Assembly (NCBI GenBank): GCA_020630675.1
Contig: JAHDIR010000001.1
Span: 89,015-153,014 of the forward strand
Length of the DNA: 64,000 nucleotides
Source of the DNA: Bdellovibrionales bacterium
GTDB lineage: Bacteria > Bdellovibrionota > Bdellovibrionia > Bdellovibrionales > UBA1609
Reading direction: 5' to 3'
Translations under genes and position numbers: made by a program
In this document: positions 20,798 to 30,321 of the stretch, piece by piece
Layout of the letters: every line of letters starts with the position of its first letter
How positions within the stretch are numbered: position 1 is the stretch's first letter
Notes under the pieces: generated by a model
Database searches by the model: none
Seen by the model: only the letters and a program-made list of their open reading frames with translations
Told to the model about the DNA's origin: nothing

Positions 20798-22027
20798 TTG
20801 TTTTATTTTTGGGTGGCTTTACGTTCAATGACCAAAGGAAAAAACCTTAATTTGACAGCACTGTTGTCGGTGATTGGTTTGGCTTTGGGCGTGGCTTGTC
20901 TGGTGGTTTCTATGGTAGTAATTACCAGCTACTTGGGCACTCTAAAAAAAACAGTGATTGATATAAATGGCCATGTAAATTTATTAAAAAATATCACTGC
21001 GAGTGCCAAAACTCCTTTTTTAGAAAGTATTACTGATGATTTTAAAAAAGAAATCGTCGATTATACTCCTTTTCTTAATGCCTCAGCCTTGGTGGTTAAA
21101 AAAGGAAAAATGTCAGCTGTTTTTGTTCAAGGTTTTGATAGAGAGTCTGTACATAAGGTTTTAAATTTAGAGTCTCGATTAGTGAAGGGAGATCCTCCTC
21201 TGAAATCTTCATCTAAGGAAGCATCAGATTACCCTAGCGTTTGGGTGGGGCAACGCTTGGCTCGTGACTTTGAGTTTAAGGTGGGTGATGTCATTAACGC
21301 TGTTGTTCCTGTCGATAATACGCTAGATAATTTTAAACCTAAGTTGCAAAAATTTGTTATCAAAGGCTTGATGTCTTTTGGGCGCTATGATTATGACTCT
21401 CGATATTTAATCACCGACTTAAAGCCTTTGCAGGAGTTTGCCGAGCTTTCTGATCGACATTTAGGCTATCGCGTTAAGGTGAAAAGCCCAGATGTGGCCG
21501 TGAGTGTAGCTCGTAAGGTGAATGAGTTAGAGTACTCTGAAAATTATTGGGCCACTAGCTGGAGAGACATTAATGCGAACTTATTTGCGGCCGCTGATTA
21601 TGAAAAAATAGTTATCTTTTTTGTTTTATTAATTATTGTCATCGTCGCTTGTTTTAATGTAGCCAGTACTTTGTTTGTTAATGTTTTGGGGCAGTTTAGA
21701 GATATTGCCGTTTTAAAAACTATGGGTGTTACTGGAACTCAAATTAAGCGAATATTTATTTTTCAAGGCTTAATTATTGGGGTTTTGGGTTATTTATCTG
21801 GCCTTTTATTGGGAGGCTTATGTTGCTATTTATTTGTTTTTGCCCAAGAGCGTTGGGGAGTTCTAAGCGCTGAAGTTTATAAACTTGAGGGGCTTGTGAT
21901 TTCAGTTGAGCCTTTGGATGTTCTCGCTGTCGGAGTGGCTTCCATGTTAATATGTTTTGCGTCCACTCTTGTTCCAGCAACAAGAGGTGGGCAACTAATG
22001 CCAATGAAAGGGTTTGGTTATGAATAA
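20798..22027 (+). CDS. lolC: Lipoprotein-releasing system permease, LolC/LolE (FtsX-like) family
   Basis: 409 aa with a 4-TM MacB/FtsX topology and a large periplasmic loop. The TTG start directly abuts the prfB stop. Followed by lolD. Confidence 0.85.
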   Translation: MFYFWVALRSMTKGKNLNLTALLSVIGLALGVACLVVSMVVITSYLGTLKKTVIDINGHVNLLKNITASAKTPFLESITDDFKKEIVDYTPFLNASALVVKKGKMSAVFVQGFDRESVHKVLNLESRLVKGDPPLKSSSKEASDYPSVWVGQRLARDFEFKVGDVINAVVPVDNTLDNFKPKLQKFVIKGLMSFGRYDYDSRYLITDLKPLQEFAELSDRHLGYRVKVKSPDVAVSVARKVNELEYSENYWATSWRDINANLFAAADYEKIVIFFVLLIIVIVACFNVASTLFVNVLGQFRDIAVLKTMGVTGTQIKRIFIFQGLIIGVLGYLSGLLLGGLCCYLFVFAQERWGVLSAEVYKLEGLVISVEPLDVLAVGVASMLICFASTLVPATRGGQLMPMKGFGYE

Positions 22028-22697
22028 TAACAGTTTGATTTATGCTAAAAATATTCGAAAAAATTTTCATCAGGGCAAAAAAGAGCTGCCCGTTTTGAAA
22101 GGGATTGACCTTCAGGTCCAGAGAGGCGAAGCCTTGTGCATTTTGGGAAGTTCCGGAGCAGGCAAAAGTACATTGTTGCATATATTAGGAACTTTGGACA
22201 CTCCCTCATCAGGGCAGGTTTACTTTCAAGGGGAGAATTTATTTTTAAAAACCGATGATGAGCTTGCAAGTTTTAGGAATAAACATTTAGGTTTTATATT
22301 TCAATTTCATCATTTGTTAAGTGAGTTCACAGCCCTTGAAAATATAATGATGCCCGCACGCATTGCAGGTTTATCAAAAGCTGAGTGCCAAGATCGAGCT
22401 AAGGAGTTGATTGAGTTAATGGGGTTAACCGACCGATCAGCTCATTACCCTACGGAAATGAGTGGGGGAGAAAAGCAAAGAATAGCTATTGCTCGTGCAC
22501 TTATGCAAAGCCCTGATATTTTACTTGCTGATGAGCCTACGGGAAACCTCGATACGGCCAATGGCAATAAAATTAAAGATTTATTTCTAGATCTCCAAAG
22601 AAGGTTAAACTTAACGATTATAGTGATTACTCATGACCAAAACTTAGCGAGGTCATTTCCTCGTATTCTTCAAATGAAAGATGGCCGGTGGCTGTAA
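22020..22697 (+). CDS. lolD: Lipoprotein-releasing system ATP-binding protein LolD
   Basis: Walker A GSSGAGKST, signature MSGGEKQR, Walker B ILLADEPTGNLD. Overlaps the lolC stop. Confidence 0.9.
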   Translation: MNNNSLIYAKNIRKNFHQGKKELPVLKGIDLQVQRGEALCILGSSGAGKSTLLHILGTLDTPSSGQVYFQGENLFLKTDDELASFRNKHLGFIFQFHHLLSEFTALENIMMPARIAGLSKAECQDRAKELIELMGLTDRSAHYPTEMSGGEKQRIAIARALMQSPDILLADEPTGNLDTANGNKIKDLFLDLQRRLNLTIIVITHDQNLARSFPRILQMKDGRWL

Positions 22698-22890
22698 ATA
22701 GAATGCGGCGCCCCACTAACGCGCAAAGCCATCTAAACATGAACGTGTTTTAGCTGCTAGGCCGGTCTGTCAAAATAAAGTCAACTTCCATGGCTCTCAC
22801 TTCGCTTTTTTTGACAACAATATTATTTCGGGCTAGTCTGGCCGATCTTAGGTAAATATGCGATTTTTTTCATTTTGGTGGCTATAAAAT

Positions 22891-25200
22891 ATGCTTAAAA
22901 ATTTGATAGTTCTTTTTAGCTTTTTGATGGTGTTTCAGCCTTCTGCTTTTGCCCAGTCCATTCAAAAAGTGGAAGTTGTGGGAAACCGCAAAATTGAAAA
23001 AGAAGCCATTTTAGAAAAAATTCAATCTAAAAAAGGCACTGACTTTAAAGCTTCGACCGTTCGTGAAGATATACTCTCCCTTTTTGAGCTGGGCTTTTTT
23101 TATAATGTGATTGTTGAAAAAGAGCCTGTGTCTGGTGGGCTTGACCTCAAGTACACTGTTGTTGAAAAACCCACCGTACAAAAATTTGTCATCACAGGTA
23201 ACGACGAACTTTCTGATGACGACATAAAAGAAGCCATTGATCTGAAAGCCTACGAAATTCTTGATAACTCCAAAGTTAATAATGCTATCGAAAAAATAGA
23301 AAAACTCTATGAAGATAAAGGCTATTTTTTAGCTCAAGTAAAACACAAAGTAACACCGATTAAAAAAGGCGAAACCGTACAAGTTGAATTTTTGATAACT
23401 GAAAACGATAAAGTTAAAGTGGAACAAATTAACTTTCTTGGTAATAGAGATCTTCCAGCATCGAAGCTTCAATCCGTAATGTTCACCAAAGAGGGAAGTT
23501 TCTTTAGTTTTATGAGTGGCACGGGCTCTTACAAGCAAGAAGCCTTTGACCAGGATGTAAGAAACTTAACTTATATCTATTACAATGAAGGTTATGTTCA
23601 GGCTAAAATTTCTCCGCCGCAAGTTTATGTGACTCCCGATAAAAAATCTATTTATATAACTATCAAAATTGATGAAGGTGTTCAGTTTCGAGTGGGGAGC
23701 ATTGATTTCTCTGGAGATATGTTATTTCCGCTCGATGAATTAAAAGAGGATGTTTCTTTAGAGGAAGGTGATATTTTTGCCTGGGATGCTCTTCAAAAAG
23801 ACTTAAAGTCTCTACAGGCTAAATATGGTGATCTTGGTTATGCTTACACCAATCCGATCCCTCGCACTCGAATTAACGAAAAAGAAAAGTTAGTTGATTT
23901 AGTGTTTGAAATTGATAAAGGCGAAAAGGTTTATTTTGGTAAGTTTACGGTCAAAGGAAACACCAAAACTCGTGACAAAGTATTACGACGTGAGATGGTT
24001 ATTTTTGAAGGGCAACTGTACAATGAAACTAAAAAAAGAGAGTCTTTAGCGAATATTAAGCGTCTTGGTTTCTTTGAAGAAGTTAACTTTGTTGCCAACA
24101 CTCCTAAAGGTAAGCACGACATTCAGGACATTGAAATTCAGGTGAAGGAAAGAAGCACTGGAACAATTCAGGTGGGGGCAGGTTATGCCAGTAACCAAGG
24201 TTTTGTTTTAAATGGTCAGGTTAATCAAATCAACCTTTTAGGAAAAGGAAAACGCTTAGGTATTTCTGTAAACTGGTCTCGAAATGAGCAGTTAGGAAAT
24301 ATTAATTATACTGAGCCCTTTTTTAGAGACACCCAGTGGGAGTTAGGGTTTGACCTCTATAGAAAGAAAAGATCTTTAATTGACTACGAAGAAGAAAGAA
24401 CAGGTGGAGGTGTGCGAATTGGTCACCCTCTAGCACCTTATTTAAATGCCATTGTTGGTTACAAGTTAGATGACACTCGTTTGGACCGAATCACAGAAGA
24501 TCAGCAGTTGTTCCCTGTGGAAACAACCAATGGAATCACAAGTGCTGTAACAGGCCGTTTGGTTTATGATAAGCGTAACGATAGGTTTTTACCAACAAAA
24601 GGTATGTATGCTGATTTAGGTTTAGAGTATGCCGGCGTTGGGGGAGACAGAAAGTACACCAAAGGAACATTTATTTTCCGCTACTATAAAAACCTATTTT
24701 GGGATGTGGTGTGGAGAAACAATATTAATTACGGAATTATTCAATCGAATGTTTCTGGTCGAGCCCCTCCATTTGACCAATTGTTCTTGTTAGGTGGTGC
24801 CAACACTCTTAGAGGGTATGATTGGTTTACTGTTGGTCGTCGAGTGTTTTCACAAACTTACTTAGAGGAATTTCAAGCAGCTAACCCTGATGTTCCTGAT
24901 GATATTGCTCAACAAAAAGCCAGGCGCCCATTTGGGGGAGAGCAACAGTTTTATTATCAATCAGAAATTCAGTTTCCTCTCATCAAAGAAGCTGGGGTTT
25001 TGGGTGTCACTTTCTTTGACATAGGTTATGCCGATGATACCTTAAGGTTGAGTGACTTAAAAAGTGATGTGGGCTTTGGGTTTCGTTGGTTCTCACCAGT
25101 TGGTCCGTTAAGATTTGAGTGGGGTTTTCCTCTCAATGCTGACGAGGCCCTTGATGAGGACTCTGTAAAGTTTCAGTTTGCCATTGGTTCCCCCTTTTAG
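22891..25200 (+). CDS. bamA: Outer membrane protein assembly factor BamA
   Basis: 769 aa with a signal peptide, repeated POTRA modules, a C-terminal Omp85 barrel (RGYD, FRWFSPVGPLRFEWGFPL) and a terminal F. Confidence 0.93.
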   Translation: MLKNLIVLFSFLMVFQPSAFAQSIQKVEVVGNRKIEKEAILEKIQSKKGTDFKASTVREDILSLFELGFFYNVIVEKEPVSGGLDLKYTVVEKPTVQKFVITGNDELSDDDIKEAIDLKAYEILDNSKVNNAIEKIEKLYEDKGYFLAQVKHKVTPIKKGETVQVEFLITENDKVKVEQINFLGNRDLPASKLQSVMFTKEGSFFSFMSGTGSYKQEAFDQDVRNLTYIYYNEGYVQAKISPPQVYVTPDKKSIYITIKIDEGVQFRVGSIDFSGDMLFPLDELKEDVSLEEGDIFAWDALQKDLKSLQAKYGDLGYAYTNPIPRTRINEKEKLVDLVFEIDKGEKVYFGKFTVKGNTKTRDKVLRREMVIFEGQLYNETKKRESLANIKRLGFFEEVNFVANTPKGKHDIQDIEIQVKERSTGTIQVGAGYASNQGFVLNGQVNQINLLGKGKRLGISVNWSRNEQLGNINYTEPFFRDTQWELGFDLYRKKRSLIDYEEERTGGGVRIGHPLAPYLNAIVGYKLDDTRLDRITEDQQLFPVETTNGITSAVTGRLVYDKRNDRFLPTKGMYADLGLEYAGVGGDRKYTKGTFIFRYYKNLFWDVVWRNNINYGIIQSNVSGRAPPFDQLFLLGGANTLRGYDWFTVGRRVFSQTYLEEFQAANPDVPDDIAQQKARRPFGGEQQFYYQSEIQFPLIKEAGVLGVTFFDIGYADDTLRLSDLKSDVGFGFRWFSPVGPLRFEWGFPLNADEALDEDSVKFQFAIGSPF

Positions 25201-25285
25201 GTTAAAATTGGCACAGAGCTAACAAAATAAGGACAGTTAAGTTTTAATAATTTAGTAATATAAAAAATAAACGGGAGATATGTTT

Positions 25286-25786
25286 ATGAAAAAATTAATT
25301 GGATTAATGGCCTTTTTATTTACCTTCTCAGCCTTTGCTGCTGGTGACTTCAAAATTGGCTGGATTGATATGCAAAAAGCCATTCAATCAACAAATCAAG
25401 GAAAAAAAGCCAGAAAAGGCTTAGAAAAAGAATTCAATAAGAAGAAAGCCGCCTTAGAAAAAAAACAAAAAGAGCTAGAAAAAATGTCTAAAGCCCTTGA
25501 AAAGAAAAAACTCGCTCTATCTGAAAAAGCTTTTGGTGAAAAAAGAGATGAACTTCAAAAAGAATTTATGAAGTATCAAAAAGAAGCTCGTGATAGTCAG
25601 TTAGAAATTCGTGAAAAAGAAAACAACTTAACTAAGCCAATTTATGAAAAGCTTCAAAAGATTATTGCCAAAGTGGCCAAAGACAAAGGCTATTCTTATA
25701 TTATGGAAAAGTCTGAGCAAAGTATTATGTGGGCTAAAAAAGAACTAGATATTACTGATCTCGTAGTTAAAAAGTTTAACAAATAA
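25286..25786 (+). CDS. skp: Periplasmic chaperone Skp/OmpH
   Basis: Signal peptide followed by a Lys/Glu-rich coiled-coil. Canonical position after bamA. ATG 25286 has better RBS (GGGAG) spacing than 25280. Confidence 0.85.
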   Translation: MKKLIGLMAFLFTFSAFAAGDFKIGWIDMQKAIQSTNQGKKARKGLEKEFNKKKAALEKKQKELEKMSKALEKKKLALSEKAFGEKRDELQKEFMKYQKEARDSQLEIREKENNLTKPIYEKLQKIIAKVAKDKGYSYIMEKSEQSIMWAKKELDITDLVVKKFNK

Positions 25787-25793
25787 GTTTTTC

Positions 25794-26273
25794 ATGTCTG
25801 ATTATTTATACGATATTAACAAAATTCGAAAAATCTTACCACATAGGTACCCTTTTCTATTAATAGATCGTGTACTTGGTATTGAGCCCGCCACAAGCTC
25901 TGATAGCCGTGTGGGGGCCAAAGCCATTGCCTTGAAAAATGTCACTGCCAATGAAATGTTTTTTAATGGCCATTTTCCCGACAACCCCATCATGCCGGGA
26001 GTTCTTTTGGTTGAGGCCATGGGGCAAGCCGGAGCTTTAGCTTGTGTTTCTGAAGAAGATTTTGAAAAAGACTTTCAAGTTATGATTGCTAAAATCTCCA
26101 ATGCTCGTTTTAGAAAACCTGTTGTTCCTGGAGATCAGGTCATTTTAGAGAGTAAAATAACTAAAGACCGAGGCAAAATGTTTGTTGTTGAATGCAAAGC
26201 TTTTGTTGACGGCAAACTTGTGGCCGATACAGAAGTGCTTGCCCAAGTTATTATTGGCACTCCCACAAGTTAA
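25794..26273 (+). CDS. fabZ: 3-hydroxyacyl-ACP dehydratase FabZ
   Basis: ILPHRYPFLLIDRV and FFNGHFPDNPIMPGVLLVEAMGQ motifs. Confidence 0.95.
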   Translation: MSDYLYDINKIRKILPHRYPFLLIDRVLGIEPATSSDSRVGAKAIALKNVTANEMFFNGHFPDNPIMPGVLLVEAMGQAGALACVSEEDFEKDFQVMIAKISNARFRKPVVPGDQVILESKITKDRGKMFVVECKAFVDGKLVADTEVLAQVIIGTPTS

Positions 26274-26287
26274 TAAAGGAGTTTTTC

Positions 26288-27073
26288 GTGAGCCAAATAC
26301 ATCCAACTGCAATTATTTCTCCTGAAGCAGCTATAGACGATGGGGTTACGATTGGCCCCTATGCCGTCATTGAGGGAGAAGTCAAAATTGGCAAAGGTAC
26401 TGTTGTTGAACATCATGCCAGTATTGGCTGCCGTGAAGGTATTGTTGAAATCGGAGAGAACAATCGATTTTTACCAAGTTGTGCCGTTGGTGGTATTCCT
26501 CAAGACCTCACCTACAAAGGGGAGAAAACAAAACTAGTGATTGGTGATAACAACACCATTCGCGAATTTGTCACTATAAACATTGGCACTCAAAAAGAAG
26601 AGGGTGTCACTAAAATTGGAAACCATAATTTACTAATGGCTTATAGTCATATTGCTCATGATTGTCGCTTAGGGCATCATAATGTGGTGGCCAACTCTAA
26701 TCAGTTTGCTGGTCATGTTCATATGGGCGACCGTATAGTTATTGGTGGTGGTTGCTTAATTAATCAGTTTACTAAAATTGGTGATGGGGCTTATGTCACT
26801 GGGGGAAGTTCAGTTAATAAAGATGTTCCTCCGTTTACAATCGTTCAAGGTGACTATGCTGTTATGAGAGCCTGCAACAAAATTGGTTTACAAAGAGCTG
26901 GTTTATCTAGTGATGAAGTGAGTAATATCTATAAAGCTATTCGTATTTTAATTAAGGGCAAAAATACCATTGAAGAGAGTATTGAAAATATAAAAAAAGA
27001 ATGTCAGCCCAGTGAAAATATCAATTATTTAATTGATTTTATAAGGTCTTCTGAACGTGGTTTAGCGTTTTAA
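26288..27073 (+). CDS. lpxA: Acyl-ACP--UDP-GlcNAc O-acyltransferase LpxA
   Basis: GTG start after AAGGAG. IHPTAIISPEA plus hexapeptide repeats. 261 aa. Confidence 0.93.
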   Translation: MSQIHPTAIISPEAAIDDGVTIGPYAVIEGEVKIGKGTVVEHHASIGCREGIVEIGENNRFLPSCAVGGIPQDLTYKGEKTKLVIGDNNTIREFVTINIGTQKEEGVTKIGNHNLLMAYSHIAHDCRLGHHNVVANSNQFAGHVHMGDRIVIGGGCLINQFTKIGDGAYVTGGSSVNKDVPPFTIVQGDYAVMRACNKIGLQRAGLSSDEVSNIYKAIRILIKGKNTIEESIENIKKECQPSENINYLIDFIRSSERGLAF

Positions 27074-28246
27074 ATGCAGCCAACTGATCATTCTCCCAAA
27101 AAGTCTATTCTTATTGTTGCCGCTGAAGACTCTAGCTGCCTTTATGCCGAGCGTTTGCTCGAGCACTGGCAACAACAAGGTCTATCTTTGAGTTGCTTTG
27201 GCGTTGGTTCTGAAAAAATGGAAAGTCTTGGCTTTGACTGTATTGGTCACAGCGAAGAACTGGCTGTGATGGGATTACAAGAGGTGATGAGCCATTGGTC
27301 GGTCATTAAGGCTGCTTTTAATGGAATTTTAGACAGATGTAAAAAGGAACGGCCTGATGTGGCCATTTTGCTGGATTACCCAGGTTTTAATTTACGTATG
27401 GCTAAAAAATTAAAAGCTTTGGGCATCCCTGTAGTTTATTATATTTCCCCGCAAGTTTGGGCCTGGAAAAAAGGGCGAGTAAAAACGATTAAAAATGTTG
27501 TTGATAAAATGATCGTTTTATTTCCTTTTGAAAAAGACTTTTACAAAAAATATGATTATGAAGTGGAGTTTTTAGGGCACCCTTTGTTAGATGAAATTAG
27601 CGATAAATACAGTGACCCTGAATATTTAAAACTTTCTCGCCAACGCTATGGAGTTCAACCCGAAGAAAAGTTAATTGCTATGATGCCTGGAAGCCGTAAA
27701 GCTGAGATAGAAAGGCATTTAACCCTACAATTACAAGTGGCACAAAGGCTTCACGAGAAAGACCAATCGTTAAAGTTTGCTATTTTTATTGCTCCAGGAA
27801 TGAGTAAAAACTTTATTCAAGAGCAAATTCCTCCCTTAAATTTTCCTATAATGATCGTAAAAGATAAACCCTTGGATATGATTAGTTTATCAGATGCCGT
27901 TTTAGCTAAGTCTGGAACTTCAACTCTTCTTGTTGGCCTTTTAAAAAAACCAATGGTGATTATGTACAGAATGAAACCTTTGACGGCTTTTCTTGCTAAG
28001 CTAGTTGTTCGTTCCACTAAGTTTTTTGGAATTGTGAATTTAATTCTAGATAAAGAAGTGTCTATTGAGCTTTTTCAAGAAAAAGCAAATGTCGATCGTT
28101 TAACACAAGAGATGGAAAAAATTATTTTTGATAAAAATAATATTGAGCGGCAAGTGACGGAGTTAGCATCATTAAGAACTAAACTAGGAAACTCTGGTGT
28201 TTCCAAAAAAGTAGCTCAATTAATTGAAGGTCATTATTTGAAATGA
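27074..28246 (+). CDS. lpxB: Lipid-A-disaccharide synthase LpxB
   Basis: 390 aa. Motifs DYPGFNLR, YYISPQVWAWKKGR and MPGSR. Confidence 0.92.
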   Translation: MQPTDHSPKKSILIVAAEDSSCLYAERLLEHWQQQGLSLSCFGVGSEKMESLGFDCIGHSEELAVMGLQEVMSHWSVIKAAFNGILDRCKKERPDVAILLDYPGFNLRMAKKLKALGIPVVYYISPQVWAWKKGRVKTIKNVVDKMIVLFPFEKDFYKKYDYEVEFLGHPLLDEISDKYSDPEYLKLSRQRYGVQPEEKLIAMMPGSRKAEIERHLTLQLQVAQRLHEKDQSLKFAIFIAPGMSKNFIQEQIPPLNFPIMIVKDKPLDMISLSDAVLAKSGTSTLLVGLLKKPMVIMYRMKPLTAFLAKLVVRSTKFFGIVNLILDKEVSIELFQEKANVDRLTQEMEKIIFDKNNIERQVTELASLRTKLGNSGVSKKVAQLIEGHYLK

Positions 28247-29265
28247 AGCTACTTAGGCCTCTATCTCTTCTTTATGGTTGGGTGACAGGTGCCAGGTCAC
28301 ACTTATATCAAACTCAAGTTTTATCGTCACAAGGAGTTTCGGTTCCTCTTTTTGTGGTGGGTAATATCACCGCTGGTGGAACGGGTAAAACTCCGTTTGT
28401 TCATTATTTGGCATCTCTTTTTAAAGAAAAAAATAAAAAAGTAGGAATAGTTTCTAGAGGCTATAAGGGAAATTATAAAAATGTAGTTTGTGTAGATCCT
28501 TCTTTGCCTAGGTGTTCTGAAATTTTTGGTGATGAGCCTGTTTTATTAAAACTAAAAAATCAAAAAACTCCCGTGTACTTAAGTCGTCATCGCTGGCAAG
28601 CCTGTCAAACTTTGTTAAAAAATGAAAGTGCGGTCGATGCTATTTTATGTGATGATGGCTTTCAGCACCAGGCCTTACAAAGAGATTTTAATATCGTTTT
28701 AATTGATTGCACAGAACCTCTGGACAACTATCGCTTGCTTCCTGAAGGCCGCCTAAGGGAGCCACTGAAAGGCTTATTGCGTGCTCATTTTATTGTTTTT
28801 ACTAAGTGCAATTGGGTTTCTGAAAAAAAGGTTCAAGAAACAGTAAACTTGATCCGGCCTTATTTTTCTTTGAATGATCAAAACCATGCTTTTGCTAACT
28901 ATGAGTCGAGCTTTCCATTGGAGCTAAATAAAAGAGAAAATAAAGTTTTGTTATTATCTTCAATTGCTAAGCCTGAGGTTTTTAAAACAACTGTCGAAAC
29001 CAATGGGCAATTAACTATTTCACAACAACTAGTATTCGCGGATCATTATAAATATACCAAAAAAGATATTGATTATATTTTACATGAGTATGAAAAATGT
29101 GGTGCTGATTTTATTCTGACCACAGAAAAAGATGAGGTCAAATTAACTGATTTTCCTCAAATTATTGATAAAATTAAAACGGTGGTTTTAACTGTAAAAC
29201 TAAGCCAAGGAGAAGAGTCTTTAAAAAATGAAATTTGTAAAATTATTAGCTCGAAAGTTCATTAA
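28243..29265 (+). CDS. lpxK: Tetraacyldisaccharide 4'-kinase LpxK
   Basis: VGNITAGGTGKTP P-loop, SRGY and DDGFQH motifs. ATGA overlap with lpxB. Confidence 0.92.
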   Translation: MKLLRPLSLLYGWVTGARSHLYQTQVLSSQGVSVPLFVVGNITAGGTGKTPFVHYLASLFKEKNKKVGIVSRGYKGNYKNVVCVDPSLPRCSEIFGDEPVLLKLKNQKTPVYLSRHRWQACQTLLKNESAVDAILCDDGFQHQALQRDFNIVLIDCTEPLDNYRLLPEGRLREPLKGLLRAHFIVFTKCNWVSEKKVQETVNLIRPYFSLNDQNHAFANYESSFPLELNKRENKVLLLSSIAKPEVFKTTVETNGQLTISQQLVFADHYKYTKKDIDYILHEYEKCGADFILTTEKDEVKLTDFPQIIDKIKTVVLTVKLSQGEESLKNEICKIISSKVH

Positions 29266-30112
29266 ATTCTTATTTTTTTTAAGTAGTTCCTTGCCTATGA
29301 AAGCTCAACTTTTGTTAGGAAAGGCTTTAGGAGTTTTGTGGTTTGATATATTAAGAATTCGTCGTAAAACTATTTTTGAAAATTTAGAACGAGCTTTTCC
29401 CAATAAATCAGACAAAGAAAAAAAGCAAATTGCACGAGCATCTTGTACAAACTTAGGAATGGTCTATGTCGAATTTATGCGAATGAGATTTCTAAATGAA
29501 AATAAACTCGACCAATTTGAAGTGTTTGGTCTTGAGCATTTACTAGAGGCCCAAAAAAAAGAAAAAGGTGTTTGTTTACTGACTTTGCATTTAGGTAATG
29601 GTGACTATGCTTGTGCTGGTTTTTCATTGATGGGGCACCCAGTTGTTTTAATTTCAAAAGAATTTAAAGTTAAGTGGATTAATGAGGCTTGGTTTGGAAT
29701 GCGTTCTCGCTTAGGAACAAGCTTTATTAAACCAAGGCGTAGCTCTTATGACATATTGAAATCTTTAAAAAATAAAAAAACTGTGGTTTTTGTCATGGAC
29801 CAATTTATGGGCCCTCCCATAGGAGTAGAAACTACATTTTTTGGTCACCCAACGGGAAGTGCAATGGGCCTGGCTGTTATGGCTCAAAGGTCAAAAGCTC
29901 CAGTGGTTCCTATTTATACTTGCCGAACAAAAGAGGGAAAAACTCAGATTCATTTTTCGAAAGAAATTCCTATGCAAGAAAAAGAAAGCAAAGAAGAAAC
30001 CATTGCTTTTATGACTCAGGTTTACCAAGACAAGCTCGAGGAATTTGTTCGAAAGCATCCTGATCAATGGATGTGGGTGCACCGTCGTTGGAAGCCCTTT
30101 ATTAGGACTTAA
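29228..30112 (+). CDS. lpxL: Lipid A biosynthesis late acyltransferase (LpxL/HtrB family)
   Basis: 294 aa with the LTLHLGNGD (HX4D-type) acyltransferase motif and the C-terminal HPDQWMWVHRRWK motif typical of the LpxL/LpxM family. Confidence 0.85.
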   Translation: MKFVKLLARKFIKFLFFLSSSLPMKAQLLLGKALGVLWFDILRIRRKTIFENLERAFPNKSDKEKKQIARASCTNLGMVYVEFMRMRFLNENKLDQFEVFGLEHLLEAQKKEKGVCLLTLHLGNGDYACAGFSLMGHPVVLISKEFKVKWINEAWFGMRSRLGTSFIKPRRSSYDILKSLKNKKTVVFVMDQFMGPPIGVETTFFGHPTGSAMGLAVMAQRSKAPVVPIYTCRTKEGKTQIHFSKEIPMQEKESKEETIAFMTQVYQDKLEEFVRKHPDQWMWVHRRWKPFIRT

Positions 30113-30321
30113 GTAAGGTAAAAAATCAAGGTGTCGGGTGAAGGCCCTATCTAAGCGGCCAACGCTAAATTTCTCTGTTAAAGCTCTCTTTGAATCATGA
30201 ATTTACAAGGGTTTTTATTTAGACATAGGCCTTAAATTTAAGATATCAGATGATCAGTGAGCGGTTCAATTATAAGATATTTCCATACACCTACGTTTTA
30301 TCATCATAGAAAAGGAACATC

